64,000 nt of DNA from Simkaniaceae bacterium (GTDB lineage: Bacteria; Chlamydiota; Chlamydiia; Chlamydiales; JACRBE01). The stretch's first letter is position 1. Each line of letters opens with the position of its first letter. The notes below the pieces were generated by a model that saw only the letters and a program-made list of their open reading frames with translations, did not search any database and was not told the DNA's origin. Positions 46,667 to 55,266 of this stretch are shown here, in pieces. Made by a program: the position numbers and the translations under genes. Where the stretch lies: the NCBI GenBank assembly GCA_021734805.1, contig JAIPIG010000004.1, positions 4,822 through 68,821 on the forward strand. The letters run 5' to 3'.

Positions 46667-47117
46667 GATTTAAAATTCTTTTTATTTTTTGCAGTGCGAC
46701 AATCAATAATATTCCACCTATTATTGATAAACTTTGCATAAATTGCTCTAACAAAATTTCTTTCCGGTATCCCTCAGCCATCCAAAAATAATGTGTAAAA
46801 AAATTATTTATCAATAAATAGATTGATAAAATAGAAACCGCCAGACGATCTTTCCATGAAATTAATAACATGAAACCACATACGAGCTGCAAAACTATAC
46901 CTAAAATAATTAGCTGCATCGTGAAAGGCAATATCGATTCGGCAATGCGGTCTAATCCGGGAACATCCGATACAAAGACATGCCAATTAATGACATCACC
47001 TATGAAATTTTTTTCCGTCATTGACCAGTTTATTATCTGATTCCCCCCTCTCCAAATAAAAAAAACTGCAATCAACGCTTTCCCCATTAATTCGAGTAGT
47101 TTATCAAAGCGATGCAT
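46620..47117 (-). CDS. Hypothetical small integral membrane protein (DoxX-like topology)
   Basis: 165-aa ORF with four predicted TM helices. The family assignment is only tentative. Confidence 0.5.
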   Translation of the reverse strand: MHRFDKLLELMGKALIAVFFIWRGGNQIINWSMTEKNFIGDVINWHVFVSDVPGLDRIAESILPFTMQLIILGIVLQLVCGFMLLISWKDRLAVSILSIYLLINNFFTHYFWMAEGYRKEILLEQFMQSLSIIGGILLIVALQKIKRILNREHLDFLQTAATNED

Positions 47118-47188
47118 TCCCTATCTCCTTTTCCATATCGTTATTTCATTTATAACCTAAATAACGGGTTTATACACAAATGAATTTA

Positions 47189-47372
47189 AACTCGACTTTG
47201 CAACTTTTTAGGCCCGCCTGCCTCATCTATTTGCTCTCGGGCGTTCGACCTATGGTCAAACTGGGAGATTATTAAAACCGGGAAGGGGTAAAAAACCCCT
47301 TCCCGGTTTTAATAACTCCCCCGAAAACAAATATCTCGAGGCCTTCGGGCCCAAAAAGTTGCAAAGTCGAGT
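47189..47372. mobile_element. Family-C palindromic MITE-like element (~184 bp), full copy in opposite orientation to 7728-7912
   Basis: The ends are AACTCGACTTTGCAACTT and AAGTTGCAAAGTCGAGTT. The central 18-bp stem lies at 47271-47288 and 47296-47313. TTAAA sits directly on both flanks. The reverse complement aligns with 7728-7912 along the whole length. Confidence 0.85.
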
Positions 47373-47505
47373 TAAATATTTACTCTATAGACAGAGGGCA
47401 TCATTTATGCTATATTACTCCCCTATTCACGTCTGAATTTAGATATTGGGAATATACCGACTCCCTAAAGCTTAAGTTCATCTGTGTTATCCTATAGGGG
47501 GAAGC

Positions 47506-48624
47506 ATGAATCCATTTAGAAAGCATCACGCACTAGCCATCTTAAATGAATATGCCCTTGAAAAGGGGCCCCTTGATCTTTTTTTAATGCAATATTTCAA
47601 AAACCACCGTGCAATAGGCTCCAAAGACCGTAAAGAAATTTTTTCAACTATTTACCACCTCTACCGCCATCTTTCTCTTATCGACTACCGCATTGACGAT
47701 CGCCCCATCACTTGGGAAAAACGCCTTGAGGCTCTATCAAGCGAAACCCTCTCCTCAGAATCAACCCCTGCACACATTAAAGCCAGCTTTCCAAAAGAAC
47801 TCTTCCAGCTTTTAGAAAAGGGCTACGGGACTCAAAAGGCAAGCGATATTTGCAGCGTTTTAAATGAACAAGCACCCATCACTTTGAGAGCTAACCTACT
47901 TAAAACGAATCGAGAAGATCTAATTCAAGCGCTTTCTAAGTCCATGCCCTTATCACCCTGTCTTTATTCTAAAGCAGGCATTCACTTAAAGGAGCGCGCG
48001 CTTTTATTTAGTCTCAAAGAATTCAAACAAGGTCTTTTTGAAGTCCAAGATGAGGCCTCACAACTCGCAGCAGAATTGGCTGCAGTCCAACCGGGTGAAC
48101 ATGTTTTGGATTATTGCGCCGGCGCAGGAGGAAAAACCCTGGCAATGGCCCCCAACATGAAAGGCAAGGGACAGCTTTATCTCTATGACGTGCGAAAAGA
48201 AGCCCTGGCTCAAGCTAAAAAACGCCTTAAAAGAGCCGGAATTCAAAATGCACAAATCATCCCGCCCCAATCTAAGCGATTAAATTCATTGAAGGGCAAT
48301 ATGGATTGCGTCTTTGTGGATGCACCTTGTTCCGGGACAGGAACCCTGCGAAGAAATCCGGAGCAAAAATGGAAGTTTTCTTCCCAAATGCTCCAAGAAT
48401 TGATGACCAAACAACAGGATATATTTGAAGAAGCCCTTAAGTTTTTAAAACCCAAGGGCCGTATTATTTATGCGACCTGCAGCATTTTAAAAGAAGAAAA
48501 TGAACAGCAAGCCGCTTTTTTTATGGAAAAATATGGCTTAAAAACGATAGCAACTCCATTTCAAGTCCTACCTAAATCCGATAAAATGGATGGCTTTTAT
48601 GCGATTGCTTTCAGCTATAAATAA
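47506..48624 (+). CDS. RsmB/Sun (NOL1/NOP2) family rRNA cytosine-C5 methyltransferase
   Basis: 372-aa ORF with the SAM motif VLDYCAGAGGKTL and catalytic cysteines in DAPCSGTGTLRRNPE and IYATCSI. Confidence 0.8.
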   Translation: MNPFRKHHALAILNEYALEKGPLDLFLMQYFKNHRAIGSKDRKEIFSTIYHLYRHLSLIDYRIDDRPITWEKRLEALSSETLSSESTPAHIKASFPKELFQLLEKGYGTQKASDICSVLNEQAPITLRANLLKTNREDLIQALSKSMPLSPCLYSKAGIHLKERALLFSLKEFKQGLFEVQDEASQLAAELAAVQPGEHVLDYCAGAGGKTLAMAPNMKGKGQLYLYDVRKEALAQAKKRLKRAGIQNAQIIPPQSKRLNSLKGNMDCVFVDAPCSGTGTLRRNPEQKWKFSSQMLQELMTKQQDIFEEALKFLKPKGRIIYATCSILKEENEQQAAFFMEKYGLKTIATPFQVLPKSDKMDGFYAIAFSYK

Positions 48625-48709
48625 ATATTCACAGCACCCCCTACTTGCTTAAGAAAGAACTATTTTGTTAAACTGACCGCAATTTATACATGGATTCTTG
48701 AGATAACAC

Positions 48710-49774
48710 ATGAAAAATTTAGTGACGCTTCTTGCTTTTTGCTTATTAACCACTTGGCCTCTTGCGGCTACATCTCCCAATTCGCGCTCGTTTCTCAGCA
48801 TGAGTGAGGAGAGTCAAATTATTATTAATAACAGGCCCCTTGCCAGGGTCAATGGCAAAACATTTTCTCTAATGGATGTGGTCACTAAAATGAATATCTT
48901 TTTAGAAACCAACTATCCTCAGATTTTTGAAGATAAAATGGCCCTTTTTCAATTCTACAAGAATAATTGGGAATCACAACTCAAGGAACTTGTTGAAAAT
49001 GAACTGATTCTAGCTGATGCAGATGAAAAAATTGAAGTGACGGAAGCGGAAATTCGACAAGAAATGCAAGAACGATATGGAACGAACATGCTCGCTCACT
49101 TAGACGCACTTAATATGACTTTAGAAGATGCTAAGGAGCGTATTAAAAACGAAGTTATTATCCGCAAAATGACTTGGTTTAAAGCTTACTCTAAAGCTGT
49201 TCAACAAATTACTCCGGGCCTTATTAAAGAATCATATCAATCCCATCTCAGCCAATTCCAAGGCAAAGAAAATTGGATATATGATGTTTTAACGCTCCGA
49301 GGAAAAAATGAGTCGGCGATGGAAGAGCTCGCTAACCTTGCACATACGCTGCTAGATGAGTCTCATCTTTCCTTAGATGACGTGGTCAAACAAATTAATT
49401 CAACAGCTCAAGAAAAGCAGTGTGATATTATTGCTTCCGTTTCCTTAGATAACAATGGGGAATCAAAAAAAATTGCACAACAACACCTCGATATTCTATC
49501 GCAACTCAATATCGGTGCCGTTAGCCAGCCGGTAAAACAAGGCACGCGATCGGGAGGAATGGTCCAACGCATCTTTAAATTAAAATCACATGAAAAAGAT
49601 GTCCCGGAACCTTTTGAAAAACTCGCTTCTCACTTCCACGATCGTTTAACGGAGTTTCAGGCGAGCAAAGAGCGCTCTACCTACATTGAAAACTTGAAAG
49701 CCAAATTTCATTACGCTGAAGATGAAGAGCATTTCAAATTACCGGATTCATATGAGCCTTTTATACTTCTATGA
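48710..49774 (+). CDS. Secreted or periplasmic hypothetical protein, SurA-N-terminal-domain-like chaperone (tentative)
   Basis: 354-aa ORF with a signal peptide MKNLVTLLAFCLLTTWPLAA and a helical Glu/Lys-rich body. I found no PPIase domain. A 4-nt overlap (ATGA) with rsmA is present. Confidence 0.45.
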   Translation: MKNLVTLLAFCLLTTWPLAATSPNSRSFLSMSEESQIIINNRPLARVNGKTFSLMDVVTKMNIFLETNYPQIFEDKMALFQFYKNNWESQLKELVENELILADADEKIEVTEAEIRQEMQERYGTNMLAHLDALNMTLEDAKERIKNEVIIRKMTWFKAYSKAVQQITPGLIKESYQSHLSQFQGKENWIYDVLTLRGKNESAMEELANLAHTLLDESHLSLDDVVKQINSTAQEKQCDIIASVSLDNNGESKKIAQQHLDILSQLNIGAVSQPVKQGTRSGGMVQRIFKLKSHEKDVPEPFEKLASHFHDRLTEFQASKERSTYIENLKAKFHYAEDEEHFKLPDSYEPFILL

Positions 49775-50556
49775 ACGCACCGGCCCCTTTTGCAAAACGC
49801 GCACTCTCACAGAATTTTTTGATTGATTCCAATATCATTCATAAAATCATTAGGGCCGTTGATTTGCAAGCAGCTGACCATATCCTTGAAATTGGCCCGG
49901 GACGGGGTGCCCTAACCTTCAAAATTGCACCTGCGGTTCAGCATTTCACCGCTATTGAAAAAGATTCAACCCTTATTCAACAGCTCGATTATAAAGCGAA
50001 TATGGACCTGATCGAAGCGGATTTTTTAACCTTTGATTTAACCTTATTGACTGAAAAAGCCCCCCTTAAACTCATCTCCAACCTCCCCTATAATATCTCG
50101 ACGAAAGCCGTTAAAAAGATAGCGCTTTACAAACATCTTTTTAGCTCCGTTTATTTAATGGTTCAGAATGAATTTGCAGATAAACTCATCTCAAAGCCCT
50201 CTTCATCTCTATCAGCACTTGCACAGTATCATTTTGATATCCATAAACTCTTCACAATCTCACCTTATTGTTTTTGTCCCAAACCAAACGTCACTTCTGC
50301 CTTCATCTCTCTTATTCCCAACCGGCGCTCTATTAGCGAATCACAATGCCTTTTTTTCACCCACTGTTTTGAAGGGAAAAGAAAGCAGCTCTTTAATATT
50401 CTCAAAACTCATTATTCAGAGAAACTCCTCCATAGAGCCTGGCTTGAATTAAATTTACCGACTCAGATTAGAATCGAAGAACTCACTCCTCTACAAATCC
50501 AAAGCCTTTACGCCATCGTATCCACCCACCCATCAGAAATAGAGCCATCACACTAA
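49771..50556 (+). CDS. rsmA: 16S rRNA (adenine1518/1519-N6)-dimethyltransferase RsmA/KsgA
   Basis: 261-aa ORF containing LSQNFLIDSNIIHKI, EIGPGRGALT and SNLPYNIS. Confidence 0.9.
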   Translation: MNAPAPFAKRALSQNFLIDSNIIHKIIRAVDLQAADHILEIGPGRGALTFKIAPAVQHFTAIEKDSTLIQQLDYKANMDLIEADFLTFDLTLLTEKAPLKLISNLPYNISTKAVKKIALYKHLFSSVYLMVQNEFADKLISKPSSSLSALAQYHFDIHKLFTISPYCFCPKPNVTSAFISLIPNRRSISESQCLFFTHCFEGKRKQLFNILKTHYSEKLLHRAWLELNLPTQIRIEELTPLQIQSLYAIVSTHPSEIEPSH

Positions 50557-51754
50557 TAACCCAAAAATCAATCCTTTCATAAACAACTTTGTTGATCCGC
50601 CTCACAGCATAAAGCGGAACTTCACGCTCAATCTGATCTGCAATAATCACTTGGAGTACCCCTACCTCTTGATGAAGTCGAATGGGTAATTTTAATTTCT
50701 TATTGAGCTTTAGTTGAAATGAAATTTCAGGTGATTCCGACAAATAATATTCAATTTCAATATCTTCTTTTGGCAAGAACTCAAGGCGTTTCGTTTTATA
50801 AAAATTTTTTATAAACAGAGGGTCCGAATGAGCGTTAAACAAGACCCTTTTCAGAGGTTTTTCTTCAAAGGCCCTTGAAAACATCTCTATGGCATCGTGA
50901 TAGCGAAAATTATGTTCTTTGGAAGCATATAAACTCGCAATTAAATGACGCCCTCCCTCCGTAGCTGAAGCGAGAAGACAATATTGACCTCCGGATGTAT
51001 ACCCTGTTTTCAGACCAATTGCCTTAGCATACTGCAAACGGCCATCAGCAATCAGCTTATTCCCCTGCGCAACCCGCATCACACCCTGCTTATTCGTTTT
51101 GGGGCGCTCATACTCCTTCTTTGCCACAATCTCTCGAATCAACGGATTTTGCATTGCCTTTCGAGCGACTACGGCCATATCATAAGCCGTAGTGATTTGA
51201 CTGGGATGATGAAGACCATGAGGATTGCATAAATGGGTATGTCGGCAACCGATCTTTTTCAAAAAAATATTCATTTCCTCCATAAATTTAGAAATGCTCT
51301 CACCCCCTAAATGATAAGCCATCACATTTGCCGCATCATTTCCCGAGGAGAGAAGTAATCCATGCAAAAGCATTCGATAGGAAAGTTCCTCATTCGGAAG
51401 AATAAAGAAATGCGTCCCATCTGTTTGTAAAATATAAGGAGGGAGTTCATTCAAATGAGCAAATTTATAGGAGGGACTTACTTTTTTTAAAACTTCGGAA
51501 GGGGCACAAATCATTTTATCTAAGCTTTGATCTTGTAATTTTTCCAATACAAATAAGGCCGTTGCAATTTTAATTGTCGAACCGGGGTACATTGACTCAT
51601 GGGCTCTTTTTTGGTATAGAATACACCCATTATCCGCATTCATTAAGACGGCATAGCGCGATTGAATATTTAAAGGAAGTGTTTGACCACATAAACTATT
51701 CAAAAAAATAAAAGAAAAAAACAAAAACGAATAAAGCCACATTCTAATCCCCAT
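50483..51754 (-). CDS. dacC: D-alanyl-D-alanine carboxypeptidase (S11, PBP5/6-like)
   Basis: SxxK (GSTIKIATAL), SxN (SSGNDAA) and KTG (LKTGYT) are present. I prefer the ATG at 51752-51754 (MGIRMWLYSFLFF... signal sequence), which has AGGAG 7 nt upstream. The 16-codon extension in the ORF track runs into a family-C repeat terminus. Confidence 0.85.
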   Translation of the reverse strand: MGIRMWLYSFLFFSFIFLNSLCGQTLPLNIQSRYAVLMNADNGCILYQKRAHESMYPGSTIKIATALFVLEKLQDQSLDKMICAPSEVLKKVSPSYKFAHLNELPPYILQTDGTHFFILPNEELSYRMLLHGLLLSSGNDAANVMAYHLGGESISKFMEEMNIFLKKIGCRHTHLCNPHGLHHPSQITTAYDMAVVARKAMQNPLIREIVAKKEYERPKTNKQGVMRVAQGNKLIADGRLQYAKAIGLKTGYTSGGQYCLLASATEGGRHLIASLYASKEHNFRYHDAIEMFSRAFEEKPLKRVLFNAHSDPLFIKNFYKTKRLEFLPKEDIEIEYYLSESPEISFQLKLNKKLKLPIRLHQEVGVLQVIIADQIEREVPLYAVRRINKVVYERIDFWVISVMALFLMGGWIRWRKGFGFVEE

Positions 51755-51780
51755 CGGCACTCTCCTATTTAAACTCGACT

Positions 51781-51804
51781 TTGCAACTTGGCCCCCGCTC
51801 ATTA
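51781..51804. repeat. Solo terminus of the family-C element
   Basis: AAACTCGACTTTGCAACTTGGCCC is identical over 19 nt to the left end of the copy at 47189. Confidence 0.7.
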
Positions 51805-52176
51805 TTTTTCAAAAAATAAAAAAAAAACAAAAGTAGAATTTCTCTAGGAATCCAAGGCTTTTGAACAAATTTCCCACTTAAAAATCAACAAAACCTCTTT
51901 GAAAAAAAAATAGGCGTTATTATTAAGGGGATTTAACCCGCTTTTCCTAAAAGAGCCTAGGCTAATAAAGAGATTTCGGTTTTCAAATCATTAGATGCCC
52001 TAATATCTTTAAAACCAAGTGCTCCGGAAGAAAAAGCTTTTATATTGTCACTAACCTCTTATTCTTAGATTGATAGAACAAAAATATAGTTATAATCAAA
52101 GTCTTTTAAGATAAGAAAGGGGTTTTTGGCAATATCATCAATTAGGTATTTAGCAGACTTGATCAAAGGAACTTAG

Positions 52177-52623
52177 ATGATTAATCCCACTAAACTCGAA
52201 CAAGCTTATGAAGAGTTCATGAAAGATCTATCTAAATGGGCCCCGGATGGAATTATAGACGTTGATATATTCTTGTTAAAGCAACTCGGTTTGTTACATC
52301 ATAACGATGATGATGAAAAAATACTGCAAAGTCAATTCCCTTTTTATTTTCACGTCATCGAAACCGATGATAAAGTCACACTTTTCAACAATCAGTTTGT
52401 CGTATGGATTGTGCCCCAAATGGTCGATGAGGTCCCTATTACTCTGACATTAATTGCACTCATCGGAAATAATGAAAAGCCCCATTTGGAAATGTTATTT
52501 TCTACTTCCGGTATCTATAATACTCCCAAGTGCGTTCTAAAAGTTCTCCGCTATTACTTAACTGAAGTTATTGACACTGAACAAGTCATTGACTCTATCG
52601 GCAATAACAGCGAAGAACTCTAG
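52177..52623 (+). CDS. Hypothetical protein
   Basis: 148-aa ORF with AAGGA about 7 nt upstream of the ATG. No family recognised. It lies between dacC and rsbW, as a hypothetical gene does in C. trachomatis (CT550, as I recall). Confidence 0.5.
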   Translation: MINPTKLEQAYEEFMKDLSKWAPDGIIDVDIFLLKQLGLLHHNDDDEKILQSQFPFYFHVIETDDKVTLFNNQFVVWIVPQMVDEVPITLTLIALIGNNEKPHLEMLFSTSGIYNTPKCVLKVLRYYLTEVIDTEQVIDSIGNNSEEL

Positions 52624-52667
52624 CTCGATTTTGTAAGTGGGGATATTTTTTAATCACTCCCGGTACA
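52624..52667. repeat. Chimeric repeat remnant: C-like terminus plus B-like right terminus
   Basis: CTCGATTTTGTAAGTGGGG (compare CTCGACTTTGTAACTT) is followed 9 nt later by AATCACTCCCGGTACA (compare AATCACTCCCGGTATA at 60710-60725). Confidence 0.45.
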
Positions 52668-52672
52668 ACAAC

Positions 52673-53107
52673 TCAATTTCCGGCCATATTCTTACGCAAA
52701 ATGAGATGATTTTCCATACCTAATCTCTCATATCTAACTTCATCCATGATCCGATTCGTTAAATAAATCCCTAATCCTCCCTCCTCAATTTCTTCAATCT
52801 TATCCGATGTGGGCTCTCTTGGCATCAACATGGTAGGATCAAATTTATCACCCCAATCTGTAATTTCAATCTGAAGGTGGTTAGGATCTTCTTGCCACAA
52901 TTCAATTTCTATTGGCCCACTCTTTTCGTGATAGGCGTAATTCATAATATTCACTGCCATTTCTTCAACGGCTAATTCAATTTGTTTTTTGCTTTTATAT
53001 TTCGAAAAACAATCATTTAAAAATACATGGACAAAATCAATAATCCCCTGCAAATCTTCCGTATTAGCATGAAATCTCTTTGTTATTTTATTCTCTTCCA
53101 CGGCCAC
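52673..53107 (-). CDS. rsbW: Anti-sigma-factor serine kinase RsbW/SpoIIAB-like (HATPase_c_2)
   Basis: 144-aa ORF containing ELAVEEMAVNIMNYAY, ITDWGDKFDP and EEGGLGIYLTNRIMDEVRYE. The synteny rsbW-hyp-dacC matches Chlamydia. Confidence 0.75.
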   Translation of the reverse strand: MAVEENKITKRFHANTEDLQGIIDFVHVFLNDCFSKYKSKKQIELAVEEMAVNIMNYAYHEKSGPIEIELWQEDPNHLQIEITDWGDKFDPTMLMPREPTSDKIEEIEEGGLGIYLTNRIMDEVRYERLGMENHLILRKNMAGN

Positions 53108-53137
53108 CCTATTTGATCAAAGATTTTTATTTTGGTA

Positions 53138-53312
53138 TATACCGAAATAAGTTGAAGAATTGGTTTTTATCTTCGCCGGCATCCTCGACTTTTTACCCTT
53201 AATTTTTTGACCTATCTTCAATAGGATCAAAAAATTAAGCCGGCTAAAGCCTGATAAAAATTCGAAGCGCCATCAAAGCTAAAATCCCAATTTTTCAACT
53301 CATTTCGGTATA
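53138..53312. mobile_element. Family-A palindromic MITE-like element (~175 bp), full copy
   Basis: The ends are TATACCGAAATAAGTTGAAGAATTGG and CCCAATTTTTCAACTCATTTCGGTATA. The reverse complement of 62817-62991 matches along the whole length. No ORF. Confidence 0.85.
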
Positions 53313-53351
53313 TATCATTTCAAAAAAAAGATCACTCTTGAAATTGAGAAC

Positions 53352-54008
53352 TTATTTGCTTACAACACCTAAGGCAACATTGATGGAAGTGATAATTTTC
53401 GAGGCAAGTTTTTGATAAAGGGGCATTTTAGAAATTGATTGGGCATCTTGCTCAGCATCAAGTTGACCCAGTGAAGTATTCAAAACCGTTTGCTGCCTAC
53501 CCATAGCATCGCTGTAAGCTAAGTCGTGATAGGAAAGAGAATCAACATAGTTATAGTGAATCGATTCCTCAACTTCAAAAGGATCGATCAACTTTTTTCC
53601 GGAAGATTGATCAATTAATGTGACACGAACACGGATCATTTGACGGCTTTCTGTTGGCGAAAGATGATTTGTTAAGGCATCCGTTTGATCATTTGTTTGA
53701 TATTGATAACCAATTTCCCTGTGGTCTTGATCGAGAATTTGAACGGCTAATAAGGCTCTTGCATCCCGATTTTGAAATGTTAAGAGTGGACTTTGATTGA
53801 CCTCATGAATAAGCGCTTCCGTTAAAATCCCTTTAACATCCCCCCGAATAAATGGGACTGTAATCGATGTAATATCTTGAGACTTAACAAATTGATAACC
53901 ACAGCCGGAAAAAAAGAGAGAAAAAAAACACACGAAAATCAATCCCTTTATCGTTGAACCGGAGCGAAAAAGAGGATTCGATAAGATGATGGATTTATCC
54001 AATGGCAT
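53352..54008 (-). CDS. Putative lipoprotein (LptE-like, tentative)
   Basis: 218-aa ORF with a hydrophobic leader ending in the lipobox-like FFSGC, followed by GYQF. Its start shares one nt with the upstream gene's stop (TAATG). Confidence 0.45.
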   Translation of the reverse strand: MPLDKSIILSNPLFRSGSTIKGLIFVCFFSLFFSGCGYQFVKSQDITSITVPFIRGDVKGILTEALIHEVNQSPLLTFQNRDARALLAVQILDQDHREIGYQYQTNDQTDALTNHLSPTESRQMIRVRVTLIDQSSGKKLIDPFEVEESIHYNYVDSLSYHDLAYSDAMGRQQTVLNTSLGQLDAEQDAQSISKMPLYQKLASKIITSINVALGVVSK

Positions 54009-54994
54009 TAAATCGTTAATTCTTCAGGATGCTTAGAATGCTTTCGTAAATGATCGATCCGCTCTTGCGCTATTGTTGCATATCCCGTCGTGGGATATTT
54101 TTGAAGAATACTAACGTAATAGAGAAAAGCTGCTCTTTCTTTCTTTTTCTTTTCAAAGAATTTTCCCATGTCAAAAAGCTCTTGCGCAAAGCGCTCTTTC
54201 ATCTTTTGCAGCATAGCGCGGATTGTAGAAATCCTTGTCTCTCCGGGAAAGTCTTGTTCAAACTTACGCAAATTAATCTCAGCCAGTTCAATAAAATTGG
54301 GGTCGGGAAATTCTTCTTTGCACTGCAATAAATACGTTTCGGCAATAGCAACATAACTTTCAGGAGCTAAAGGATTTTTAGGGAAGCGACGAATCAGCAT
54401 TTGGTAACTATCAACTGCTTCCTTGAATGAAGCAAATTCAGCGAGTAATTTCCCCTTTTGAAATAAGGACTGAGCCGCTAGATCATTCCGAGGAAGCGTT
54501 GTAATGACCTCATCGTAAATCTTAATTGCATCTTCCTTACCGGAAAGCAATTTAGGAGAATGTCTCCCACCAAACAGGCGTTTTTTTTCTCCTGATTGGA
54601 ATTTGCGGGCAATTTCAAATTTATGGTGAATGGCATCTTCAAAATGCTTTAAATTAGAGTAATTATTGAGATAGCTGGACAAAGCCTCGTTGGCCAAATG
54701 GTACTCTTGCAAATTATAAAATGAAATCGCCTGAGTATACAGAGTTTCTTGGACGAAAAGAGACTTTGGATATTCCTTAAGGAGCAATATGCTATTGTCA
54801 ATTACTGTTTTATAATCGTGATCTTCATAAGCTTTCATCACAAAGCCATAATAATCTTGAGGTTTTAATCTTTTTTCTTCCATCCGTTGAAGTGATTCGC
54901 GTTTCGCATCGAGGTAAGTTCGAGCCTCGATCACAGATGTCGCAGAAGATAAAAGAACAAAAAAAGATAAAATTTGAATTGTTTTCTTATTCAT
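54008..54994 (-). CDS. TPR-like repeat protein with signal peptide (BamD/YfiO-like, tentative)
   Basis: 328-aa ORF with the signal sequence MNKKTIQILSFFVLLSSATSVIEA. Repeated ...Y..A...F..L...YP.S... helices resemble BamD. There is no lipobox Cys. Confidence 0.45.
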   Translation of the reverse strand: MNKKTIQILSFFVLLSSATSVIEARTYLDAKRESLQRMEEKRLKPQDYYGFVMKAYEDHDYKTVIDNSILLLKEYPKSLFVQETLYTQAISFYNLQEYHLANEALSSYLNNYSNLKHFEDAIHHKFEIARKFQSGEKKRLFGGRHSPKLLSGKEDAIKIYDEVITTLPRNDLAAQSLFQKGKLLAEFASFKEAVDSYQMLIRRFPKNPLAPESYVAIAETYLLQCKEEFPDPNFIELAEINLRKFEQDFPGETRISTIRAMLQKMKERFAQELFDMGKFFEKKKKERAAFLYYVSILQKYPTTGYATIAQERIDHLRKHSKHPEELTI

Positions 54995-55094
54995 AGATAA
55001 AAATTAGCCTTTGAAGATCGCCACTACTATCGCGTCACTTCCCTCAAGTTAAGCAAAAAGTCTCTTTTTTACCCGAACAATGAGAGATGACGAT

Positions 55095-55175
55095 GTATAC
55101 CGCTCGTGATTCAAGAGTTATTTTTTTTGTCGCCGGCTTCTAAAAATTCCAACTCTTGACTCACTCCCGGCATAC
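55095..55175. mobile_element. Family-B palindromic element, short form (81 bp)
   Basis: GTATACCGCTCGTGATTCAAGAGTT ... AACTCTTGACTCACTCCCGGCATAC form terminal inverted repeats. It equals the long copy at 60548-60725 minus the segment between its two GCCGGC sites. Confidence 0.8.
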
Positions 55176-55266
55176 TAGAATACCAGAGTTTAGCATAAGA
55201 TCGACTTTAATGCCAAACGCGAAAATCATAGCAAATGCAAAAAAATAACTTCATATAAACCCAAAA

